DNA from: the human T2T-CHM13v2.0 reference genome, Homo sapiens
DNA length: 64,000 bases
Reading direction: 5' to 3' (one strand)
Assembly (NCBI RefSeq): GCF_009914755.1
Contig: NC_060935.1
Shown here: positions 25,074 to 35,479 of the stretch, piece after piece
Position numbering within the stretch: position 1 is the first letter of the stretch
Layout: every line of letters begins with the position of its first letter
Position numbers and translations under genes: made by a program
Notes under the pieces: model-generated
The model's database searches: none
What the model was told of the DNA's origin: nothing
Seen by the model: only the letters and a program-made list of their open reading frames with translations

Positions 25074-28000
25074 TGGCTATACATGGTTTGTGCTCCAAGT
25101 GAAGAATCTTCCAAACCTGCCCTGCTAATTGGAATGTTTGGTCTTTACAAAGTTGGTGTCACGTAATCATTTGAAAGCTCCATGTTTAAAGCAGCTATAT
25201 AACACAATGACAGATAAGAATTTAAAATGTTGTGCTTATAACAAATACATGTGTATTACTATAACATGCACATAATAACCACACATTACACATATTTTTT
25301 TCTTTCACAAGCAGCTCCCAAAATACACAGGTAGGCAATGCTTGGCATTCCTCACTGGCCCAGAACCTTATGGTAAGGCAAATCTTTCTTGTTAAATGTA
25401 GTGTCATTTTTTTCAACACTCCAGTCACTCAGGGGAAAACCAAACACCTCCAGGTCTGGACCACCACTTTGAATGCATTCATTACCTCCCTTCTTCAAGC
25501 CCCGATGGAGCGGTAAAGAAGGGCGGCCATTACATCTGCCACCTCATTCTTGGTGCAACGTAATTCTCAGTAATTGGTTTCATTTTTTAAAATTTCCATT
25601 AGTTCTGATTTTTTCATAAATGTCAATATATTATTTGCTGCACTGGGTTGAGAAATGAAGATGTCTATTTTTATGGTAGGTGTGCAAAGGCTGAGGGAAG
25701 CAAATTCTCATGTCCAAGTTGTTGCAATTGATCAGTGCGGTAGAGAAGAAGCCGTAGTACACTCCTTGGGTAACCCTTAGGTAACCCATGCTCTTACTTT
25801 AAGTGCACAACGTCAGAATAGGTTTGCCATGTGCACCATTAAGCTCTGAGAATCTTATCTGCTATTTCAAATAAAAATATTTAGAATAATAAGATGAGAT
25901 TTAAAATTGGCATGAAACACCTTAAATATCGAGCAAAAGGCAGATGGCCTGCCATAGGCCATTTATTTTATTATTTTACAACCCGGGGCTTGAGTAATCC
26001 CCCATATGCTAGCTGGGCTAAGAAATTCCAGAGTGTTCTACTCAAATCATTGCCTTCTTCATATTAGCAAAGCAAGCTAAATAACACCCACCTTGCCTGC
26101 CTTCCTAATGTCAAGTGCACTGCCAAGAGATGAATCCCCGTGCTCTGGCATTTTAAACAAAGTGTCACTTTGGGTTCTCTTTCTTTTTCCTGACTTCATG
26201 GGAGGTATGAGTCTTTTAAGCGCCAGATGATAGACAACCAGGCCAGTAGGATTAACTAAATTAAAATCTTTCCCTGCTCCTCTGATGTAAGATATCTATA
26301 AGAACTGCTTACAAATCATAATGTAGCAGTTTTCATACCAAGTTTGCAGCTGTTTCCTTAATTTCTCCCACAATTATATTTTACTGTTATTTTGCATAAC
26401 AGTAAAACACAACACCTGCTTCAAATTGCAGTCCTGTTCTAAGTACTGTAATTCTCTTTTGAGACACAAAGTACCGAGACACTACTGAAGCGCAAAACTG
26501 CATAATTGCGTCGCGCTGAAAAGTAAATACAAATGAAAACATCTTCCTGTTATAGAAATGACTGTCATTAAAAAGAATGTTAGCCATCAAAGCACAGAGG
26601 GGGAAAAATTCACATTTTCAGACTGTGAGAAGTTAGTGTTTGCATAAATTAGAGAGTGGTGTAAAAATTACTTGACAATTCTTATGTTCATTCTTCCATC
26701 AATGTCTATTGTGTGAAATACTGAACATTAAGAAGCAAAGGAAATCAAATTCATGTCTAGACCGCTGTGACCTCTGAGTAACAATCTCTGCACCCAGTAC
26801 TAGAAAGATTTTAAATGTTTCTGGAGTAAACACACTAATTAAACCAAGCAAATGTGGCCTAGAAATAAAATATACATACCTAATATTTAAACATCTAGGT
26901 AATGACTTGTAGCAGTTAGCATGATACCCACCCAAGTTCTACTATTTGAAGCTAAGAAGAGACAGAATTTAGCAGCTGATCAATTTGCACTTCTACATGG
27001 TCCGCTTGATCCTAATGTCATCCTTCTCTATCACTGAACATCTATGCCTCTTTGCACCTTTGCCCCAGTAAGACAAATAGAACATCTTTTCATCAGCAAG
27101 CACAGGCCCCTGTAACTCTGAAAGGCTAAATGGGTGGCTGGCACCTCATTTGAATTCATCTTTGCCATGTTCCCTTTCAAATGTTTCATCGAAACAGTGC
27201 ACCTGCAGCGTCTATCTTCTTTAATCTGGAGTCCTTTGAAGAAAATGTCAGACTGAGGCAGAGAGCTTCAAAACTTTCACAGCACCTTTACAGACAAGTC
27301 AAGAAAAGGCTTATTTTTTAAAATGCTATGTTCATCCCCACCCGTATCTCAAAATGAACACATCTTAAGAATTTTAAACACAAACACCTGGAAAAGACTT
27401 TTTCTTTTTTTTTTTTTTTTGGTAAACTCTCAGAGACAAGGGACAATAGACAAAACCACTTCCTATAACCTGAGAAATTTGGAGAGAGCTTGAAACAAGA
27501 CAGAAGGATACACTGCTTACAACTATCAAGAAGATGTATATTTAGGCAGTAAAACCTTCCAAATGATCAGATTTTCGTGCATCTCACCCTCTTCACACTT
27601 ACTTTAACTTTTTACACACAATATTTAAAGACAGCACTATTCTTTTCATAAATTTTCATTTTATACTTCAACACACTTTCCACAAAACAAAGGAACCCAG
27701 GACGAAATATCAAGAAGCCGAAAGAAAAATCTAAAAGGGACTGACACTGCCAAACATTCATGCTGGTGCTAGTTTGATTTTTCTCTTTAAAAAGAAAATC
27801 ATGTGAGTACATTTTGCATTTCCTAGACAGCAATCACTTCTGTCCTTTAAGCTGTACAACTAGCAATATTCTTTTCCAGGAATCTAGTTGGAAAACCTTT
27901 TAAAGTCGGCTGGCAATGAAGGGATTAAAAGCTGAGGAATTAAATAACTGTCTCCACCTCCTAGACACCAGAAGTCCAATTTACCAAAACTTTCAAAGCA

Positions 28001-28380
28001 ACAACTCATGACCTCTCTACCCCTGCACTGCCCAGCACAGCCTATGAGAAAAGAGCCCGCGGTTTTCTCGTTTCAACAAGGATGCTCATTTTAATCACTT
28101 GCCCCAAGATCTCCAGACCGAGCCTGGCGGGACTTTGGAACTTGCCTGCTCCAAATCCGCCAAATTTCGCTCTCTCCTCCCTCTGCCGCGCAGATCCAGT
28201 GCGTTCTTAATTCACGCCCCTACTCTTTTATGCCCACTTCCAGTTACTCATCCCTGTATCTGGGAGCGATGCCCACACGCCTTCCCGGCGGGCTTCTCCG
28301 CCAGGGTTTTTTTGGGGGAGGCTGACATAAAGTTCCACGTGCTTCTGTCCACCGAGCGCCCTCCCTCCCACCGCACTTAC

Positions 28381-28460
28381 ACCTGAACTTGTCTCCAGCA
28401 CTGCGGACACCCGGGTGACACATTCTTTCGGAGAGGGAGGGCAAGACTTTTCTCCGGAGC
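28381..28460 (-). other. MPPED2: Candidate short alternative first exon downstream of the TATA cassette
   Basis: Donor GGT|GTAAGT (GT at 28380-28379) about 100 nt downstream of a TATA element; TSS inferred. Confidence 0.5.
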
Positions 28461-28478
28461 CTCTGGCAACTCGTGGAG

Positions 28479-28529
28479 TCTATATAAGGTGGGGCGGTGG
28501 GGGGCGCGGAATTCTCTACTTTGGATTGG
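28479..28529. promoter_or_regulatory. TATA box + GC box + CCAAT box cassette
   Basis: TATATAAG 28481-28488, GGGGCGG 28491-28497, ATTGG (CCAAT on minus) 28525-28529. Confidence 0.6.
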
Positions 28530-28594
28530 TTTGTTTGTTTTAAATCTAGGGTGGTGGGCAGTTGCGGGAGGCGGGGTGGGGGGTGCTTTATGAA

Positions 28595-28596
<2 letters not shown>

Positions 28597-28634
<38 letters not shown>
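28597..28634. repeat. (AC)19 microsatellite in the promoter
   Basis: Perfect dinucleotide run. Confidence 0.97.
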
Positions 28635-28635
<1 letters not shown>

Positions 28636-28722
28636 ACATACACTCGCCCTGCCCTTCTAGGCTCACGGCTGGCTCTTCCCGGCTACAACTTCCCCTTCCT
28701 TCCTGAAACACCAGCGCCTTAC

Positions 28723-28980
28723 TCGCTCAGTCCCCCGTTGCCACCTCCGTCACCTCCTCGGCCGCCGCTCCTGCTGGCACTGCTGGCGCTAGCGCTGGCG
28801 GCCCCGGGCTCCGCTGGACGCCTATCTTTTTTCTCTCCCTCTTCCCTAGCTCTGGATTGATTGATGACCACCGGCGGCCAATGGCTCTGACACCACGCCA
28901 TCCTCGGTCGGGCATCACAGCCCCACGTCCCCGACCTCAGCCTCCCGGGCGCGTTGGCATCCCCGAACCCACAGCGCTGA
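28723..28980 (-). other. MPPED2: Candidate alternative MPPED2 non-coding first exon
   Basis: Donor CGA|GTAAGG (GT at 28722-28721) inside the CpG island; no good upstream acceptor seen; 5' boundary approximate. Confidence 0.5.
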
Positions 28981-30298
28981 GCCCGAGCCCGGGGCCGCCG
29001 CCTCCTCCCTGCTCTACGCCTGGGCGCTGCCAGGTTCCTTCCCTGGAACGGCGGAGAAAGGAAGGGAGGGAGCCAGCGAGCGTTGGAAGGGGGTGTGGAG
29101 GCCACGGGATCTCCCCCTCTTCTGACATCTTTTTTCACTTAAACTTTTGTTTGTCCCACCCCCCCGACCTGTTTGTGTTTGTTTGCAGCATCTCAAATCA
29201 ATTATACATTTTTCATGACCCGCATTTGCACTTAATTTGGGGTGTGTGTGTGAGAGGGGGGTGGTGATGTACTATTATAAATCAACTTCACTGGGGCATC
29301 CTTAATTTATTTTCTTGCTGACGGATTCCAACCGGCTCCTGAGCCTCTAGAAAAATGCCCCCTTCACCTCCTAGGCCGCAAAACCCCGGAATTCAAAGGC
29401 TTTACAAAGATAACCTTGTTATACGTAAATAGCAAAGAAACTCCTGCCTCTGTAGAGAAGAAATCCGGCGGCAACGGTTACTTTTCCTCGGTACTCGTCC
29501 CCCGTCGCCTAGCCTCGACCCCAGCTTGGGTCGCCGGGTCGCTCCGCAGGCTGCGAGCGCGGAGACCCAGGCAGCGGCGGAGAGTGAGGTTGGGGCGCGG
29601 GGACGGGGTGAGAAAGAGCCCCGAGCGAGAGCGGCGCGCGCGGGCGGCCCCGGGGGCGGCCGCGGGGCGCAGCCGGAGCACAAAGCTGCGCGGTGCCTTC
29701 CCCTCGTCACTGCACCTGGCCTCGGGCCGCCGCGGGAGCCCGGGGATCGGGCCAACACAATGCACCCAGGCCTAGGCCGGGGCGGCTCGAACACATCACC
29801 CCGGGACTTTCTAGTAAACAGCTCGCTGAGCCCTCGTCCCCACCCCCATCCCCGCCGCCCGGCTTCCCCAGCTTCTCGCCGATACCCCCTCCTCTCCTCC
29901 TAAGAAATCCTGGCGGAGGAGGGAGCGAAGAGGTGGGGACCCCCAGAGGTCGGGGGACTGATGGCTGGAGGGGGTGGAGAAGAGAAGAGGCGCAGGATGG
30001 GGAGTCGGAGGGAAGACACCTCCTAAAAAAGAATTTGCTTTCGCTCAGGGGTTGAAAATCAGCCCTCCCCGAGCGCCGAATTGCCCGGGAGGCGCCCGCT
30101 CGTGCGGATGTCAGGGGCACCGGGGCAGCCCGGGTCCGCAGCCTCCGAGCCCCTCGCACGCGCCTCTGACAAGGCACCTCTCACCCGGGCTCCGCTTTGT
30201 GTGTGCATTTTTTTCCCTTCCTCTAGTGCTCGGCACCGGGCTCCCGGCCGCCTCCTCCCCCTCCCCCGCCCTCCGCCTCCCTTCCCGGGGCGGATTAC

Positions 30299-30620
30299 CT
30301 TTCCCGGGCTGCGCTCCGGATCCCGGGGATGCCTTCAGCGCCCGGCGAGCAGGCGATCCATAGCCGAGCGGCCCGAGCCGGCTGGAGGAGCGCTGGGGGC
30401 GCGCGGGGGCGGCGAGGGGCGCGAGCGGGCCAGAACCTTCGACCCCGGAGGTCCCGCCGCAGGCTGGGGCTGGGGGCCAGGGGGCGCGGCGCTAGAGGGA
30501 GGCGGGGGGAGAAAGGACCCGAGCAGCCTCGATCTGGGGAGAGAGCGAGCGAGGGGGCGAGGAGAGGGAGCGAGGGCGCGGCGAGCCGGAGGGAGAGCGA
30601 GCGGTGCAGTGACAGGGACT
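30299..30620 (-). other. MPPED2: Candidate MPPED2 non-coding first exon (distal, probably major)
   Basis: Donor AAG|GTAATC (GT at 30298-30297) followed by intronic G-runs; exon starts in a CT-rich tract (30537-30602). The 5' boundary is a guess. Confidence 0.65.
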
Positions 30621-31186
30621 GCCACTGGGGTCAAAGGAGCACAGCTCCAGGAAGCAGGGCGGCCGAGGCGCCGCTCCGTGCGCGCTCCCCGGCGGGACCC
30701 CGCGCCCCTGCACGCCCCTCCCGCAGTCCCTGCCCACTCGGACCCCCACCGGTGCCCCGAAGCCCCAGGGTTTCGAGAGGAGGAGGGAGCCGAGGGCGAG
30801 GCCCGGTAGCCTGCTGGTGCTCCCGGGTCAAGCAGGCGGCAGAAAGCTGAGCTGCAAGTTCATCATCATGAGTGCGATCTGCGTAAAAAATGATAGGGGA
30901 AGGAAGGCGGGCTACGGTGCCCCAGGAAAAGAAGGGAGCTTTCTCCCAAATGGTGTTCTTCTGCAAAGAGAACACCCAGCTCCCCGCCACCCACCGACCT
31001 GCCAGGCTCTGTCAGGAGTCCTGGCACCGTTCCAGGACGCAGGGCTCACCGCAGGGGTAAGGGGAGCGGCTGGGACACTTCGCTCAGACCTAGGAAGGCG
31101 ACCCTAGGTTCCCTCCCATCTGCTGATCTGAGGCTTTCCTGGGGGAGAGCTGTGCTCCTTTTTCCCCAAGCCTTTCAACACGACAG

Positions 31187-31232
31187 ACACACACACACAC
31201 ACACACGCTCACTCACTCACTCACACACTCAC
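31187..31232. repeat. (AC)n/(ACTC)n compound microsatellite at the distal island edge
   Basis: ACACAC...GCTCACTCACTCACTCACACACTCAC. Confidence 0.9.
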
Positions 31233-34200
31233 CTCTTTCTCTCTGCAATGTTGCTGAGAAAGAAAAGGCCAACCCAGCTGATCATTTTTTTTACCTCCAT
31301 GAATTAAGGCAGATTCAGGACAGGAAGGTGAGGAGAGGCAAAGACTCTAATTGTTTCCATTTTCGTCTTTTGGATAAAATTTTCCCCAAAAGATAAGCAT
31401 GTCAAAAGCATTTTAAAAATCAAACTTAGTCCAGTTTTGTCTGCTACTTTGGAAAATGGAAGAAAAGGTTTTCAGAATTTTGTACAAACAACACAAGGAA
31501 AGGAAATGCCGCTGAAATGCTGGAAGACAGAAAACAAGGGAGAGAAGGCTTTTAGAAAACTTGGTTGGCAGGGTTGTCTGTGAAAGATGAGGTGGCCCTG
31601 TGATGTTATGCCATTGTCATTGCTGAAAGATTGGGACAGCAACCAGATCTAATTCCTTTCTAGGAGTCAGACTGAAAGATCTGTGCATTCTCTGAAGGGA
31701 AATCCAATGTATATATATGTGTGTGAGAGAGAAGTGTGCTAAGTATACTATGTGACAACTGACTAGACATCCTGGCTGAAATTATACCCCCTAAAAATAA
31801 AAAGGAGCCATTGCAACCTGGTCTGTGGCCTCTGTGCTGAGACTAATTGGTTTCCAGGGTCTGGGGAGGAAGGGAGAGAGGCTTGTAGGAGCCCCTATAA
31901 AAAAAGATCAAACGGAATTCACTTGAAAATATTTCCCTTTTACAATGGGCTTTCCTGGCACTTGAATTTTAAGTAACCCATCTCTTATGCCTAGGCTGAA
32001 ATGAAAAGGGAAATGGTCTTACTAATGTATTTATTTTATTTTACAGCATGCCCAGAGTGTCAGTGCTTGTCAAATGTGCTGGGGTGGAAAGGACAGTGTC
32101 TTTCCTTGCCCAGCACAAATCAGAACAAGTGACATTGACATTAAAGGATGCCAAAGATGGGGGCATAGAGGCACCTTTAAATTTTGTTTTCTTTTGTTTT
32201 CTAGCCCATCAGCGAACACTGACTAGAATCACGTTTTTGAAGAAATGCTTGGTTTTGTTTCCTTTACTCTGTGACTGAGTACTACATTCCTCATATCTTA
32301 ATAGTTTGAATTTTTAGACTGATTTGGGCTGATTTAATCAGTTCAAAAAAAAAAAAGCATCACCAGCCAAATAATTTCTGTGGTTTCCTTCTTTAAAAAA
32401 AATTGCAGTCAAACAAAACAGACAAACTAGTTTGAACATGATTCTGAATCTAAATATGTGCACCCAGACAGTAAATAATAATGCTTTCTACTTTAGTGGT
32501 ACATTTTACAGGATACTTAATGCCATAAAAAATCAAGTGGGTTATCCATTACAAAGTTGATGGAAATTTGTATACCATTTTACTGAGTGGGGAAAATTGA
32601 GGTAAAAAGGCTTAAAATTGTAATTTGTAGTGCTGGAAGAAGTCAACCTGCTGATAGATCAATTATCCAATAGTGACCAAGTTATATTTGGATTATGAAA
32701 TTTTATTTTCATTAGGCTACTAGCAAGCTGGAGATATGAAAATGAATTTAAATAATAAACCAGGAACAAAAAGACACTCACTTTTCAAATAATTCTCTTT
32801 ACGTGGATTTGAACATATTGCATTTTGTTAAATCATATTGTCTACAAATACAGCTACCTACACTAAAAGCTTAATTTAAAATTATTGGATGTGAACCATG
32901 TCTATCCCATCTCCCATATAAGCTTTGAAATGTTACCTCATTATATCAAATTTTAAATCCTATAAGCTTCAGCTTTTTTTTAAAGATAAGTGAGTCTATA
33001 AGTTCCATTTTCGTTGTTGTTGTTAAATTCAACTTTTATTGTGTATAATGGAAAAGAAAAGAAGGATGAAAATCAAATACTAAGTTTATGATTGGCTTCA
33101 AGGAAATATTACAATTTTTTTCTTTTAATGGAATTCAAAGCTGGACCCTTTCCCCAGTGATTTCATTGAAGGAACTGGTAAATATGCTTCCTGATAGCCC
33201 ACTGCAATACCTTTTAAATTATCTTTTCAGAATGCATTTAGGAAAGAAAATGAGAAAGAGGAGCGTGGGAGAACTTTGGGTGGAAGCTTGGAAAGAAAAT
33301 GATGCTTCCCTTGAAAGCTCAATACTTTATTTGGAGTTGGCTTTCATCTTCCCTATGAGAACAGGTTTTCCTGTACTTCAGAGATGTGTATGACTTAAAA
33401 CTTGGTTCAATACTGTGGTTCTTCTTCTAAAAAGCAATCCATTGAAATTACTGCATGTTATTGAATAATTTCATTGAAATGATATGTACCAGTCTAACTG
33501 CAGGAACAAACAGCAACTATTTTATTTCTTTTTTTCTGTAAGTTGTAAGCATTTCTATCATTTTACAGCAAAGGCTAAGATGTATATTATCAGAAATCAG
33601 AGCCTCTTAATAGAACTACCACTATGATGTAATTAGAAAATAAAACTCAACAAACTATTTTATTTTTCTGAATTCTCACAGTTCTTATGTTCATTCAAAT
33701 GTTTTTATTATGACCCCTCCAAGTTGAATAACAATGTCCTATATTTCTTTGAGTTCTTTATCTTTATGTTGGAAATAGTTGTTAAATGACTGTGTGGGTC
33801 AATAAATGAGAAAGTAAAGAAGAGAACACACCAGTGAATGAGGCAAATACAGAATTAAGAAAAATCCACACCAGATCTGTGGGAGAGGAAGTGATGTCAT
33901 GAGGCAGTGTTGTAGGATAAGAGCTAAGGACTTCCCAAGGAGTTAAAATAGCACATTTTAAAGGTCTTGCTAATGCCTTTAGAAATATGGAATAATCCTA
34001 AGACTGTTTTACAAATTAATTTTCTTATAGAGAGACAAGCTTGTTATGTATCATGTCCATTTAAAGGCAGCCCTCTTTTTAAATACAGCAGGATGCCACA
34101 ATAAAAAGAATTCCAAGTAAAACTTGTTCCTTAAAATGTACAGAAATGTATCAAGCCATTCTCAAAAGAAACTTATATAATTAATCTAATTCCTTGATTG

Positions 34201-34628
34201 ATCCTTTTTGAAATCCTCAAAATAAATATATGATTTTTTTTCAAGGGTGGTACTTTGTATTGAAAATTTTCTTTGGTTAACCAGTAAAAATGTTTATGGG
34301 TCAAAAAAAAAAAAAGAATCAGGAAACACTAGAACTGATCAAATTTCATTTCATAAAATAAATGTCATGCTCATTATCATCTTAGAAAGGCTAAATTTAA
34401 TTCAGTTTTGCCTGCAGCTTAAGTAGCAAGCATTGGGGAAGAATCTTAAAATTTAGCAAAACACTCACAAATTCTTAACATACTTACTAGCCAATATCTA
34501 GCATGTATCAAGAAATCAGATGAAAATTATTTATGCAATAATTAATTTTAAAAGTCTGAACATGATACTGAGTCTGGATTCATGTGTTCTTAGTGTTAGT
34601 AACCATTCTAACAGACATCCATAATCTC

Positions 34629-35085
34629 TGTGTTGACCTAAAGGGAATAGGCTATGGCACAAAATATAATTTAAAGAGTTTACTTGAGCCAAAGTGTGAG
34701 GACAACTGCCTGGAAGATTCACACCCAGGTAACATTGGATATGAGCTTCCTTTGGCCTTTGTTACAAGCAAATTTTTAAAGCCAAATATGGGGGACAGGG
34801 AGTAGGCTGACACAAAGTTCTCTGTAAAGAATTCTCATTGGTTTACAGAAAAGCATTGATTAGTGGTTGGCTAGACATTGTTAAGCTATAGGCTGTGAGT
34901 TATAGTTTCCAGTGCAGCATTATTAGTTAATTTATAGCTGCTAGGGACAATAACAAGCTATTTCAAGAGATGAATACATAGCTCAAAAGCTGGGGGTTAG
35001 GATGGACTTGCTGTCTCATTTTAATGTCTTTCTAGGCCTGATAATTTAAAAGGACTCACATTCCTCAATAAAAGTTCTTTTCTCA
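34629..35085 (-). mobile_element. ERV1 (MER4-group-like) solo LTR
   Basis: TG...CA bounded ~455-bp element; AATATAATTTAAAGAGTTTACTTGAGCCAAAG and GATGAATACATAGCTCAA motifs. Subfamily not resolved. Confidence 0.65.
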
Positions 35086-35479
35086 TTTTAAATCAATTAA
35101 TGCTTGCTGAGTCTTTCCCCATGTCATGGTCCCAATTTTGGGAAAATGGTAAAATTTTGTCGTACTTGGGATAGGCTTGTCATGGTGGAAAAGAGCTTTC
35201 TCATTGAAGTAAACTCAAAATAATCTCTCTTGAAAGATGAGCAGTATAGAAACCCCATTAAAACCTGGTAAAGAAAAGGTATGTGAGCATTTCCAAGTTT
35301 AATAATTCAATTTGGCAATCTAGCATAAGATATCTGTATTTCAAGAAAGCAATATATAATGTAACTTTCTTTCTCAGCAAAAATAAATCAATGAATGGAT
35401 ACAATTTTTTAAAACTGAGTTTGAGAGACCAGCAGAATATAAAACCTTTTTCTCACTATATTATTAATGTAATGGCTTG

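Larger units (their letters stand above)
28050..31110. promoter_or_regulatory. CpG island / MPPED2 promoter region
   Basis: Abrupt switch to very high GC and CpG density against an AT-rich, CpG-depleted background; multiple GC boxes; 3.3-6.3 kb upstream of the first coding exon; interrupted by an AT-rich segment ~29130-29460. Boundaries approximate. Confidence 0.95.

Noticed and set aside
28099-31107. Many long overlapping ORFs (up to 242 aa) on both strands
   Set aside because: Stop-codon scarcity in a GC-rich island; Pro/Gly/Arg/Ala low-complexity products with no recognisable domain.
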